Below, one piece after another: positions 26,150 through 35,151 of a DNA stretch of 57,147 nucleotides. The stretch's first letter is position 1, and each line of letters starts with the position of its first letter. Origin of the DNA: Gemmatimonadaceae bacterium (lineage in GTDB: Bacteria > Gemmatimonadota > Gemmatimonadetes > Gemmatimonadales > Gemmatimonadaceae); contig DATCXR010000040.1 of NCBI GenBank assembly GCA_036565685.1, forward strand, positions 1 to 57,147, in the 5' to 3' direction. The notes under the pieces are model-generated. The model did no database searches, was not told the origin of the DNA, and was given only the letters and a program-made list of their open reading frames with translations. A program made the translations under genes and the position numbers.

Positions 26150-28845
26150 GTGATGACCCGCGCCGCATCTTCCGGCTCCCGAGCGCTCGCAACTCCGTGG
26201 AGCGCGACGTGGACGACGAGATCCGCTTCCACATCGACACCCGCGCCCAGGAGCTCGAGCGCGATGGCATGACGCCAGCCGCGGCGCAGGAGCAGGCAAG
26301 GCGCGAGTTCGGCGACGCCGCGGCCGCACGCGCCGAGCTGGCGGAGATCGACAGGCACCGCGTATCGCGCGCAGCGCGCGGCGAGTGGTGGAGCGGGCTC
26401 CGCCAGGATGTGCGCTTCGCCGTGCGCAGTCTCGGCCGCGCACGCAGCTTCGCGGTGGCGGCGCTGCTCACTCTCGCACTCGGCATCGGCGCCGCGACCG
26501 CGATGCTGAGCGTGGTGGACGGCATACTCCTGAGCCCACTCCCCTACCCCAACCACGACCGCATCGCCCTGGTGTGGACCACCGCCCGCCTTCCGGAAAT
26601 TCAGAGCGATGAGCTCCCTTTCTCGGCGGGTAACTTCCTCGCGCTGCGCGATCGTGCGCGCTCGTTCGACGAGCTGGCCGCGTTCCGCTCGCGAGGTTTC
26701 ACCATCACCGATGGTACCGAGCCCGAGCAGCTGCCAGGCGCGCGCGTGAGCGCGGGACTCTTCGAGGCGCTCGGCGTACGGCCACTCCTCGGCCGCACGT
26801 TCGACGCGAACGATGAAGAGCCCGGCGCGGCGCGCGCGACGATCCTCAGCTACGGAATCTGGCAACGCCGCTTCGGCGGCGATCCCGGCGTCGTCGGCCG
26901 CGCCGTGCATCTGAACGGCGCATCGTACACCGTCATCGGGATAATGCCACGCGGCTTCGACTTCCCACGCGGCGCCGAGTTGCCGGGCGGCCTGCAGTTC
27001 GCTTCTCGCACGGAGATCTGGACGCCACTGGTGTTCACGCCGAGTGATCTACAGCAGCGGGGCACTCTGAACATCGCGGTCGCGGGTTCGCTCCGCCCTG
27101 GCGTGACTGCCGCGCAGGCGAGAGACGAGGCCGACCGGATCATGCACGCCATGGCACCGGAGTTCGGCGGCAAGCCCGAGGAGTGGGGTGGAAACGTTGT
27201 GCGCATGCAGGAGGCAGCGACGCAAGCGGTGCGCGGCGGCCTGCTTCTCCTCCTTGGCGCCGTAGGGCTCGTGCTCCTCGTCGCGTGCACGAACGTCTCG
27301 AACCTTCTCCTCGTGCGCACCGCGAGTCGCCAACGTGAGCTCGCTGTGCGGGCTGCCCTCGGCGCGGGGCGTGGACGGCTCGTCAGACAGTTAGTGAGCG
27401 AGAACGTCCTGTTGGCGCTCATGGGCGCCGGGCTCGGGGTGTTGCTCGCGGCGTGGGCGACCCGCGCGCTCGCGGGCATACTTCCGCCAGGCCTCCCCCG
27501 CGCCGAGGATATCGCAGTGAGCTGGCGCGTGCTCCTCGCTGCGCTCGCCGTAGCGATGGGGACTGGAAGTGCATTCGGCTACGCGGCCGTGCTTCACGCG
27601 TCGCCATCAGGACTGGCCGGGTCGCTGCGCGACGGCGGGCGAACTGCCGGCGGATCGTCGCATGCGCTGCTGCGTCGCGGGCTCGTCGTGGGCGAAGTGG
27701 CGCTGTCGCTCATGCTGCTAGTCGGCGGCGCGCTTCTCCTGGAGAGCTTCATCCGGCTGCAGCGCGTGGCGCCAGGATTCGATCCCGAGGATGCCATTGC
27801 GGCTACGGTATCGCTCCCGTCCGACCCGGAAGCGGACTTTCTTGCGCAGCAGCCTCGATGGGCGGCTGTGGGCGCGAACCTCGTCGCGCAAGTGCGAGCC
27901 GTCCCCGGCGTGCGCGCGGCGGGTCTCGTCTCATCGCTGCCGCTCACCGGTGCGATGGAAGCGACTACCGTCAGCGTCGTCGGGCGCCCGGCGGTGGATC
28001 CGTCGGACCGGCCGCACCTGCAGTACCAGATCGCATCGCCCGGCTACTTCGCGGCGATGGGGATTCCGGTGATGCGCGGCCGAGCCTTCGACAGCCACGA
28101 TGACCTGAACGCTCCCCGCGTAGCCATGATCAGCGCGGCGGCAGCAGCGAAGTACTGGCCCGGCCGCGACGCCATCGGGGAGCGCCTCCGCATCTTCGAC
28201 ACGACGGCAACCGAGATCGTGGGCGTAGTGGGCGACGTGCGGCAACTCTCGCTCTCCCAGCCCGCCGAGCCGACGTTGTACATTCCCGCAACGCAGTTCG
28301 CGTATCCCGTGTATTCGCTCGTCGTGCGCTCGTCGGCGGACCCGGCATCGCTAACGCAGGCGCTGCGTGATGCCGCTCGGCAGAGTGCTCCTGGAACTAC
28401 GTTGACGGAGCTGCGCACGCTCGATGCGGTGTTCTCGCAGTCGCTCGCGCAGCGGAGGTTCGCGATGCTTCTGGTGGGCAGCTTCGCGGCGGCAGCACTG
28501 CTGCTCGCCGCGGTGGGGCTCTATGGCGTCATCGCCTACGGCGTGAGCCAGCGCGTGCACGAGATCGGCATCCGTCTCGCGCTCGGTGCGAGAGCGGCGG
28601 ACGTGCAGCGGCTGGTGATCCGTGAAGGAGTGACGCTCACGCTCGCCGGCCTGGTGGTGGGAGCGGCGGCCGCGGTTGCGCTCTCGGGGTTGTTGCGCCG
28701 GCAGCTGTACGAGGTCAGCCCCGCCGATCCAGCGACGTACGTCGGGATAGGTGCGCTGCTCGTGGTAGTCGCGGTCGCGGCGAGCTGGGTGCCGGCGTGG
28801 CGGGCATCGCGCGTGGAGCCGGTGAAGGCGTTGCGAGGGGAGTAG
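26146..28845 (+). CDS. duplicated FtsX/MacB-type ABC transporter permease (ADOP family)
   Basis: ATG 26146 (ATGA overlap with the padR stop). The N-terminus MSDDPRRIFRLP...VERDVDDEIRFHID is typical of the permease_Nterm/ADOP family. Two MacB periplasmic + FtsX modules. The track ORF start 25996 is an over-extension. Confidence 0.9.
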   Translation: MSDDPRRIFRLPSARNSVERDVDDEIRFHIDTRAQELERDGMTPAAAQEQARREFGDAAAARAELAEIDRHRVSRAARGEWWSGLRQDVRFAVRSLGRARSFAVAALLTLALGIGAATAMLSVVDGILLSPLPYPNHDRIALVWTTARLPEIQSDELPFSAGNFLALRDRARSFDELAAFRSRGFTITDGTEPEQLPGARVSAGLFEALGVRPLLGRTFDANDEEPGAARATILSYGIWQRRFGGDPGVVGRAVHLNGASYTVIGIMPRGFDFPRGAELPGGLQFASRTEIWTPLVFTPSDLQQRGTLNIAVAGSLRPGVTAAQARDEADRIMHAMAPEFGGKPEEWGGNVVRMQEAATQAVRGGLLLLLGAVGLVLLVACTNVSNLLLVRTASRQRELAVRAALGAGRGRLVRQLVSENVLLALMGAGLGVLLAAWATRALAGILPPGLPRAEDIAVSWRVLLAALAVAMGTGSAFGYAAVLHASPSGLAGSLRDGGRTAGGSSHALLRRGLVVGEVALSLMLLVGGALLLESFIRLQRVAPGFDPEDAIAATVSLPSDPEADFLAQQPRWAAVGANLVAQVRAVPGVRAAGLVSSLPLTGAMEATTVSVVGRPAVDPSDRPHLQYQIASPGYFAAMGIPVMRGRAFDSHDDLNAPRVAMISAAAAAKYWPGRDAIGERLRIFDTTATEIVGVVGDVRQLSLSQPAEPTLYIPATQFAYPVYSLVVRSSADPASLTQALRDAARQSAPGTTLTELRTLDAVFSQSLAQRRFAMLLVGSFAAAALLLAAVGLYGVIAYGVSQRVHEIGIRLALGARAADVQRLVIREGVTLTLAGLVVGAAAAVALSGLLRRQLYEVSPADPATYVGIGALLVVVAVAASWVPAWRASRVEPVKALRGE

Positions 28846-28905
28846 CGATTCGGGATCCTGCGCACGCTGTTCCACGTCGAGTGGTGAGATCGCGCAGCCA
28901 TGGGA

Positions 28906-29847
28906 TCAGCGCCAGAGATCGCCGATCGATACCGCGTCAGGAGCAAAGTGCTGGATGAGAGACCCGGCTGCGATCGCGATCACGATCACCGCCGCTGCCG
29001 CCCAGCGAGTACGGCGAACCGCGCTCTCCAGCCACGAGTGCACGTCCGAGCGCCGGAGTCCACGGTAGACGCCTGCTGCGACGAGTGCGTCCAGGAGAAG
29101 TTCGGCGAAGAGCGCTGGCGCGGTCCAGACCACACCGACCACGACGATTCCCATTGCAACTGCCGCGATTATCGGGATGGCTACGAGCCACCCATCGTCG
29201 AGATCCAGGTCGAAGTCCAGGTCGAAGCCGCCATCACCGCCGGAGCTGCTCCCGCTTCCGCCATGATGAGCGGAGGAGAAGAAGTGCCTTGAAGAGGTAG
29301 CGTGCCTCGCTTGGCCGGTCCACGGAAGTCCGTGTTCAGGACCTGCCGGGTTCCCGCCACCCCAACTCGTACCGCCGCCGCCTCCGCCGAATCCTCCACC
29401 GCCACCGAACACGTTGTGCGCCGAGCCCGGCTCCGGAAGGACTACGTCCGAGAGGTTATCGAGCACGGCGTCGACCAGGGTGGTGTCCGACTCCCGCCGG
29501 CCTCTTGCCGCCCGCCGTACGGCAGCCCAGAGCCATACGCGGAGCAGCGCGAGCAACACAACGTAGCCTGCCAGAGCGGCTGCTCCGTAGCGTACCCCCA
29601 TCGAGAGGACTCCTGACCGCAGAAGAGCAAAGGACACCAGGAATGCGGCGCCTGCGGCGATCGCGACGAGGAGGCTCATGATCAGCCGAGGAAACGCTCG
29701 CTTCAGGAAGCGTGCGCGTACTTCGCTGATGGCGGCCGAACGCGGGCGCACAGTTCGGATAGGTTTCATCGAGTTGGTGAGTGCGGAGGAAGCCGCTGAG
29801 TCGCTCGTCCTGCGGCGCTCCCTGGACGCCGCATTCGGCTCGTTCAC
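28906..29847 (-). CDS. hypothetical multi-TM protein with Gly-rich and acidic (FDLDFDLDLDD) loop
   Basis: 313-aa ORF with at least 4 hydrophobic helices. The central loop is VFGGGGGFGGGGGGTSWGGG...HHGGSGSSSGGDGGFDLDFDLDLDDG. Lies 12 nt downstream of the redoxin gene. Start uncertain. Confidence 0.6.
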   Translation of the reverse strand: MNEPNAASRERRRTSDSAASSALTNSMKPIRTVRPRSAAISEVRARFLKRAFPRLIMSLLVAIAAGAAFLVSFALLRSGVLSMGVRYGAAALAGYVVLLALLRVWLWAAVRRAARGRRESDTTLVDAVLDNLSDVVLPEPGSAHNVFGGGGGFGGGGGGTSWGGGNPAGPEHGLPWTGQARHATSSRHFFSSAHHGGSGSSSGGDGGFDLDFDLDLDDGWLVAIPIIAAVAMGIVVVGVVWTAPALFAELLLDALVAAGVYRGLRRSDVHSWLESAVRRTRWAAAAVIVIAIAAGSLIQHFAPDAVSIGDLWR

Positions 29848-29859
29848 AGTACGTGATGG

Positions 29860-30456
29860 CTACGCCCCAGCGTGGAGCGCTTGCTTCGGTTGTGGCGGCG
29901 GCACGAGCAGATCGAGCGCGTGGCGCACTCTGTCGAGACTTGCTCTGCCGGGACCCTTTCTGGGGTCCGCGTCCACGTCGACTCCGACCATTCGGTTAGT
30001 GACTCGGCCGTCAGCATCGAGGACGAGGAAGCTCGGCAAAGACACGCCCCTCTGCCACGGCCACCGTCTACCCGGTGCAAAGACGTCTGTGAGCTTCCCG
30101 TCGGCGAGCGCAACCGGAAGTGCTACGCCAGCATCATCCAGTACCCGCTGTACGGCAGCTGAATCCGCATCATCGGCGATGACAAGGAGCCGTACACCTC
30201 GCAACGCGTAGGACTTCTGCATGTCGGCCAGCTCCCTCAGCGCCAGACGGGAGGCGTAGCAAGTGCTCGACCATAAAGCGAGTACGGCGGGTTCTCCAGC
30301 GAGGCTGGCCGGTGTCGCGTGAGTGCCTCCGAGCTGCCGGAACTCGAATGCCGGCACCGGGCTACCGACCGCAGGCAGCACGTTTTCCATCTCCTGTATG
30401 CTCGGATTGCACCCCGCGAGCGCGATCAGCAGAGCGAGTGAACTCCAGCGGCGCAT
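29860..30456 (-). CDS. TlpA/redoxin-family thioredoxin-fold lipoprotein with monothiol (CxxS) active site
   Basis: 198 aa. Lipobox MRRWSSLALLIALAGCN. Where TlpA-type proteins have WCxPC this protein has ALWSSTCYAS. ...LPSFLVLDADGRV.... Confidence 0.8.
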   Translation of the reverse strand: MRRWSSLALLIALAGCNPSIQEMENVLPAVGSPVPAFEFRQLGGTHATPASLAGEPAVLALWSSTCYASRLALRELADMQKSYALRGVRLLVIADDADSAAVQRVLDDAGVALPVALADGKLTDVFAPGRRWPWQRGVSLPSFLVLDADGRVTNRMVGVDVDADPRKGPGRASLDRVRHALDLLVPPPQPKQALHAGA

Positions 30457-30505
30457 ACATTCCTCCAGCGTTAGAGAAGCATGAACCGGTACAGACCGAT
30501 GGGCG

Positions 30506-31339
30506 TCACGTCGCTGGCGTACGGACTGACGACGGAGGCTCCGGCAGCTTCGCGACCGCTGCCGGAACGGCGGCAGGCTCCGGACGCTCGGCCTTTACAC
30601 GCTGGTGCTTACGGTTTGCCCGGCGAACGAGTTTGTCAGCGGCATCTGCGCGCTCGCCCTCCAGCACCTCTCGCTTCAGAACTTCATTGCGCAGAAACCC
30701 CGCTATCTCTTCCGCTCCTACACGAACTCCTGGGAAGAGTCGCCGGAGCTGCTTACGCACGGTCATCAACACCGGCTCGTCCAGAAGGAGCCGCGCTACC
30801 ACATAACGACTCGTCGCTTCCTTCTGCTGGGCGTAGAAGCCCAGAGCGGAGCTGCCGGCGGCCTCCCGACTGATCAGGTAGAGCTTCTCGAGGTGCTGCG
30901 CCGGCTTCGCTGCAGCATCGAGCAGGTCGATTGTGAATACCTCGTCGTGCTGGATCGGCTTTTCGAACCTGAGGCGGTATGCTCGCCAGACGACGCCATT
31001 GGTCAGGAGCACCCAATCGACGCCCTGATTTGCGGCATAGTCCACGGCCTGCTTGAGGTGATTGTCTTTGAGCTCCGTCCCGATGGACTTGACCTCGATC
31101 AAGTACTGGACATTGCCATCCAGCTTGATCGCGAGGTCACAGAACGTGCTTCGAATCGCGAATTCCGTGGTGACTTCGGTGTACTTGTCGTAGCCGAGTA
31201 CGTCCGAGACGATATCGGAGACGATGACGCACGTGTCGGACTCGTTGACGTCGCGGCTGCGTGCCGTTTCCAGGACACGTTGGTAGCGTCGAAGGCTTCC
31301 GCGGGCACGATCGACGAATCTCTTCGATACTCTGATCAT
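30506..31339 (-). CDS. HsdR_N-type PD-(D/E)xK (restriction-endonuclease-like) domain protein, stand-alone
   Basis: I prefer ATG 31339 (MIRVSKRF...). ...NESDTCVIVSDIVSDVLGYDKYTEVTTEFAIRSTFCDLAIKLDGNVQYLIEVKSIGTELKDNHLKQAVDYAANQGVDWVLLTNGVVWRAY matches the type I restriction enzyme R N-terminal domain pattern (D...ExK, TNG). The region has visibly lower G+C than its flanks. Confidence 0.75.
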   Translation of the reverse strand: MIRVSKRFVDRARGSLRRYQRVLETARSRDVNESDTCVIVSDIVSDVLGYDKYTEVTTEFAIRSTFCDLAIKLDGNVQYLIEVKSIGTELKDNHLKQAVDYAANQGVDWVLLTNGVVWRAYRLRFEKPIQHDEVFTIDLLDAAAKPAQHLEKLYLISREAAGSSALGFYAQQKEATSRYVVARLLLDEPVLMTVRKQLRRLFPGVRVGAEEIAGFLRNEVLKREVLEGERADAADKLVRRANRKHQRVKAERPEPAAVPAAVAKLPEPPSSVRTPAT

Positions 31340-31592
31340 CGGCGAGACTCCTGGACGATGGAGATGGTGGCTGAGGCTCCTGCGCCGCGAGAGAACATGC
31401 TGCCGAGAGTCGCAGAGCGCCAGACGTCTGTTTCTCGAAGATCGGACAGCTTCCTCCACCGCCCTGTCCGAGCGATGCGCCACAGGTCAGTCCCTCCATT
31501 CAATTCGGGACGCGCCCTCTCTCGGTAGAATGGTCTCGCGCTCACGAGAGCGCACGATACCAACCGAGAATCGAGCAATCACTGTGAATCCA

Positions 31593-32039
31593 ATGCACAC
31601 AGACATTGCGATACCGAGCGGCGTCATCCTCGGCGCACTCTTCGTGGGAATTGCCTACGCACTCCCGCGCTACACACGGCAGATCCTCGTCGTCGGCCTG
31701 GTACTGGCGGCGCTGGTCTACGTCCACTTCTCGGTGAACGCGAGCGCTGGCCCGCTCTGGCTAGCGACGGAATTGGCGGGGGTGGCGGTATACGGGACGA
31801 TCGCAGCGCGCGGGCTCCGCGGCTCGCTCTGGTGGATCGTTGCGGGATGGGCGCTGCATCCGGTCTGGGATCTCGCGCTTCACTATGCGGGGCCGGGTCG
31901 CGCGTTCGCCCCCGACTGGTACACGATGCCGTGCCTCGGCTGGGACCTCGCGGTGGCCGGCATCGTCGCCTATTACATCGTCTACTCCCGGTGGGCAGCG
32001 CAAACGTCGAGCTTCGCCGTCCCACGCGCGGCTCGGTAA
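31593..32039 (+). CDS. hypothetical integral membrane protein
   Basis: ATG 31593 (MHTDIAIPSGVILGALFVGIAYALP...), in frame with track ORF 31530..32039. Four hydrophobic helices. No family assigned with confidence. Confidence 0.6.
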   Translation: MHTDIAIPSGVILGALFVGIAYALPRYTRQILVVGLVLAALVYVHFSVNASAGPLWLATELAGVAVYGTIAARGLRGSLWWIVAGWALHPVWDLALHYAGPGRAFAPDWYTMPCLGWDLAVAGIVAYYIVYSRWAAQTSSFAVPRAAR

Positions 32040-32143
32040 TGGCGGGGGCCACCAGTGCGTAGTAGACGAGAATCGAGCCGGCAAGAACCACCACGAGACC
32101 TCGGCACTTGTGCACAAGTGCCGAGGTCTCGTGACAGCGGCGG

Positions 32144-32446
32144 TCAATTCGGAGTGCTCGCCCTCTCCGGCGGTCGCGACACGACCGGCGCCTCAGCCCT
32201 GTTCCCCCGCTCCGCGAGCAGCTTCGCGGTGAATCGTTGGCCCTCGCCGAGACGCTCCATCTCCAGCGCGATCCCGTCTATCGCGTCCTCGAGCCGCGCG
32301 AGTCGCGCGTCGATTCCGGCCGTCGACTTCTGCGGCAGCGCATCGAGGTTCGCCATCTTCTCCTTGTGACGCAGAACCATCCGGACAAGGACGATGAGCA
32401 TCGGCCCTCCGATTACTATCGCCGCGATTATCGCATCTTCGTACAT
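32144..32446 (-). CDS. small single-pass membrane protein with RLxRLExAxD..A.E.ER.GE.QRF motif
   Basis: 100 aa. N-terminal TM (IIAAIVIGGPMLIVLVRMVL), then DARLARLEDAIDGIALEMERLGEGQRFTAKLL. Paralogue at 35152..35571. Confidence 0.6.
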   Translation of the reverse strand: MYEDAIIAAIVIGGPMLIVLVRMVLRHKEKMANLDALPQKSTAGIDARLARLEDAIDGIALEMERLGEGQRFTAKLLAERGNRAEAPVVSRPPERASTPN

Positions 32447-32576
32447 CCGTCTTCTCCTGGCTTGGTGAGGACCGCTCGACTCACCGCCAAGGTGAGTCCT
32501 CCTTCACTCCCTACGGAACCCGACTCGTTCGGGTGCCACGAGTCGACGCAGTACCTCGGACCGATGCTCTACCCGC

Positions 32577-33026
32577 TCACGCCGCCGCGATGCACTCGAT
32601 CTCCACGCGCGCGTCCAGCGCCAGACCGCTCACCGCTACCGCGGTCCGCGCGGGCCGCTTCCCCTCCGGGAAGAACGGCGCGTACACCTCGTTCATCGCC
32701 GCCCACTCGCCCATGTCGGCCAGGAATACGGTGCACTTGAGCACACGGTCGAAGCCCGAGCCGGCCTTCCTAAGCTCTGCGCCGATATTCTCCATTGCCT
32801 GACGCGTCTCTGTATGGATCCCGCCGGGCGCGAGCCTGCCGGTGCTGTCGGTGCCGAGCTTGCCGGCGAGAAACAGCAGGCCGCTCGCACGTACGGCTGG
32901 CGAGAACGGTCGGCTCGCTGCTTCGGGGGTAACGAGGAACTCGGGCTCGCTGCGGGCGGTGGTGCAGGCGGCGAGCGCAGCACCCGCAACGAGCGATATG
33001 AGGGCTCTCTGCACGATGCAGTGCAT
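32577..33026 (-). CDS. RidA/YjgF/UK114-family protein with signal/lipoprotein leader
   Basis: ATG 33026 gives MHCIVQRALISLVAGAALAACTT. ...FSPAVRASGLLFLAGKLG...QAMENIGAELRKAGSGFDRVLKCTVFLADMGEWAAMNEVY...PARTAVAVSGLALDARVEIECIA. The track ORF start 33173 is over-extended. Confidence 0.85.
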   Translation of the reverse strand: MHCIVQRALISLVAGAALAACTTARSEPEFLVTPEAASRPFSPAVRASGLLFLAGKLGTDSTGRLAPGGIHTETRQAMENIGAELRKAGSGFDRVLKCTVFLADMGEWAAMNEVYAPFFPEGKRPARTAVAVSGLALDARVEIECIAAA

Positions 33027-33111
33027 GCTGGATCTCTCGTGAAAGGTGGGCGTCCGGTGATAGTTCTCCTCGCGCAGGCTCGTCGGGCGCCTGCCATCTC
33101 CTGGCCAGGCC

Positions 33112-33621
33112 TCACGCTCCCTTCTGCGCCTCCAGCACTTCGTCGAGACGGTCATAACTGATCGCCATTCCATCAGTCATCCCCGTCTTGAGCGCCTGGT
33201 CGCGCTTCTCCTCGTTCTCGAAGCGCATGGTGATCTCGATCGTGGTGCGGCCGTCCTTCTCGGTGAGTATCAGCGTGTTGAGCGCTTCATCGCCCATGAA
33301 GTTCTCGAGCGTGACGATTCGCTCGGGCGGGACGATCTCGCGGTGCACGCCTCCGATGCTGAACTCGCTCCCGTCGGCTTCGTTGCGCCAGGTGTAGAGG
33401 TACTTCCCGCCCACGCGGAAGTCCATTTCGCACCCGGGCATCGTCCATCCCGGAGGACCGAGCAGCCAGCGCTTCAGCAGCTCGGGCCTGGTGTGACACT
33501 CGAACACGAGCTTGCGAGGTGCGTCGAAGGTGCGGGTCACGCGGATCTCGCGGTCGCTCGGCATGGTGACGTCCACGTCCTTCTTCGAGTTTGGCTGCGA
33601 CTTCTCGGCTGTCTGGCTCAT
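33112..33621 (-). CDS. SRPBCC-superfamily protein (Aha1/AHSA1-like)
   Basis: ATG 33621 (MSQTAEKSQ...). ...REIRVTRTFDAPRKLVFECHTRPELLKRWLLGPPGW...GGKYLYTWRN.... 4-nt overlap with the ArsR-family gene, the usual ArsR-AHSA1 pairing. Confidence 0.85.
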   Translation of the reverse strand: MSQTAEKSQPNSKKDVDVTMPSDREIRVTRTFDAPRKLVFECHTRPELLKRWLLGPPGWTMPGCEMDFRVGGKYLYTWRNEADGSEFSIGGVHREIVPPERIVTLENFMGDEALNTLILTEKDGRTTIEITMRFENEEKRDQALKTGMTDGMAISYDRLDEVLEAQKGA

Positions 33622-34085
33622 TTTCCCTTTCCTCCCCTTCGTTTCGTGGTGGCCTTGCTGGTCGATCGTCTGGCGGACGCTCTGACGGCAGGTCGCTCCC
33701 CCTTCCCTCTCGCGACCGACCGGTCGCCCGGCGCGCCGTTGGCTGGCTCTCTCGCGCCTGCTCTCTGCAGCTCGTCGAGCAGGGCGTCGAGCCGCTTGTA
33801 GTTCCCCTCCCAGATCTTCCGGTACCGCTCGATCCACTCGGCCGCCTCCGCCAGTGGCGCGGGGTCCATCCGCCGCGGCCTTCGCTGCGCCTCGCGACCG
33901 CTGGTGATGAGCCCCGCTCGCTCGAGCACCTTGAGGTGTTTCGAGATGGCCGGCTGGCTCATATCGAAGGGTTCGGCGAGCTCACCCACGGATGCCTCCC
34001 CGCTGGCTAGGCGCGCGAGGATGGCCCGGCGAGTCGGGTCGGCGAGGGCGGCGAAGGTGGCGTCGAGCTGGTGCGAGGAGATCAT
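33618..34085 (-). CDS. ArsR/SmtB-family transcriptional regulator
   Basis: 155 aa: ...FAALADPTRRAILARLASGEASVGELAEPFDMSQPAISKHLKVLERAGLI.... Confidence 0.9.
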   Translation of the reverse strand: MISSHQLDATFAALADPTRRAILARLASGEASVGELAEPFDMSQPAISKHLKVLERAGLITSGREAQRRPRRMDPAPLAEAAEWIERYRKIWEGNYKRLDALLDELQRAGAREPANGAPGDRSVARGKGERPAVRASARRSTSKATTKRRGGKGK

Positions 34086-34099
34086 CGGTTTGTGTTGTG

Positions 34100-34133
34100 T
34101 ATAACTATTGGGTTATGGAACTGATTAGTTATA
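34100..34133. promoter_or_regulatory. AT-rich dyad TATAACTA-N18-TAGTTATA just upstream of the ArsR-family gene (candidate operator/promoter)
   Basis: Perfect 8-bp inverted arms at 34100-34107 and 34126-34133, 15-48 nt upstream of ATG 34085, in a sharply AT-rich patch of a GC-rich genome. Confidence 0.35.
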
Positions 34134-34225
34134 TAATGCGCGACGGAGTCTGTCAAGGCTCGGGCCATCTGAATCTTGCATCCCGTCAAGTCGTCCTCCG
34201 CGCGACTTGCGGAAACCCATCTACC

Positions 34226-34384
34226 ATCATCCACGCCAATGCGGGGACCTACTCAAAAGTCGTCCCCGCGAATGCGAGGACCCATTCATAAGTCATCCCC
34301 GCGAAAGCGGGGTCCGTCATTCCTGCGAAAGCGGGGATCCATGTTCGGTCGAGCGACATGGACCCCGCTTTCGCGGGGGATGAC
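34226..34384. repeat. REP/BIME-like composite: three degenerate direct units of GTCATCCCCGCGAAAGCGGGGATCC plus a terminal about 69-bp palindrome; cluster A
   Basis: Units start at 34226, 34259 and 34292. The palindrome GTCATTCCTGCGAAAGCGGGGATCCATGTTcggtcgagcgACATGGACCCCGCTTTCGCGGGGGATGAC spans 34316-34384. The same architecture occurs at 38841-38975. Confidence 0.85.
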
Positions 34385-34503
34385 TAGGAGAGCAGCGATT
34401 ACGAGATCGAGCACAGCAGCCAATTGGCCGCCTCATGCACGATGCAAGAGCTGACCACGTCGACTCCGACCACGTCGACTCCGACCACGTCGCTCACCGT
34501 CGC

Positions 34504-35040
34504 TCAGAACCGCCAGGCCGCTCCGAGCGTCCAGTCTGCCGTGCTTCCGTTGAACCCGGTCCCGAAATAGCGAACTCTCAGCTCTGCACGCATTCCTACC
34601 TGGCGCGTGATCGCGGCTCGCAGGCCGGCCGCGCCGGAGAAGGTGATCCGGTTGCTGTCGCCACCATACCGGGCTACCGCGCCATCGTGCGCGAAGCCGG
34701 TGCCGAGCCCAATGAACGGTGCTACGCGCTTCGGGAGCTGCAACTGGAGCTGCAGCTCCGGCATCAGCAGCGTACCACGATCGCTGAACGCCTGCTGCGG
34801 CCGCGCGATCGTCATACCACCCTCTACGAGCAGCGCTGGGACGAGCGGATACTCGCCGCGCAGAGCGACGATGTTCGTCGTACCAGTGCCGGAGAGATCG
34901 AACTGCGAGACGCCCGCGCTCAACGAAAGTGCAGGGCGCGGTCCGAACGCGTTGGTCGCATTGGATGTGCTCTGCGCCGAGAGTCGGCCGCCGAGCAGGA
35001 CGATCGAGGAAAGAGCAACGACACCGATCACACTTCGCAT
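34504..35040 (-). CDS. outer-membrane beta-barrel protein (OmpW/porin-family-like)
   Basis: ATG 35040 gives signal peptide MRSVIGVVALSSIVLLGGRLSAQS. Alternating beta-strand pattern and a C-terminal aromatic ...WTLGAAWRF. Confidence 0.7.
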   Translation of the reverse strand: MRSVIGVVALSSIVLLGGRLSAQSTSNATNAFGPRPALSLSAGVSQFDLSGTGTTNIVALRGEYPLVPALLVEGGMTIARPQQAFSDRGTLLMPELQLQLQLPKRVAPFIGLGTGFAHDGAVARYGGDSNRITFSGAAGLRAAITRQVGMRAELRVRYFGTGFNGSTADWTLGAAWRF

Positions 35041-35151
35041 GATGGCCTCGTAGTCGTGAGGAAGAGATGACGGCCGAACCGATCCTGCCTGACTCGACAG
35101 TACCACCAGCTGTTTGCGATGTCCAGTGGAGAGCTATCGAGCTCACTCACA

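Noticed and set aside
25589-26443. Upstream 285 codons of the 435-aa minus-strand ORF 25136..26443
   Set aside because: It overlaps the padR and permease genes on the other strand and is extremely Arg/Pro/Gly-rich. Only the last 150 codons, starting with a lipobox signal at ATG 25588, look genuine.
34226-34384. Possible CRISPR array (also considered for 38841..38975 and 5171..5405)
   Set aside because: The repeat units are contiguous or separated by only a few nucleotides, with no unique spacers of 25-40 bp. The units decay in sequence and end in an inverted copy. No cas genes are present in the window.
34176-34454. 92-aa ORF (…SSPRMRGPIHKSSPRKRGPSFLRKRGSMF…) and similar small ORFs at 38602..39147, 38651..38947 and 38898..40313
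   Set aside because: They are translations of the REP/BIME-like repeat units in various frames. This peptide signature is a known source of spurious hypothetical proteins.
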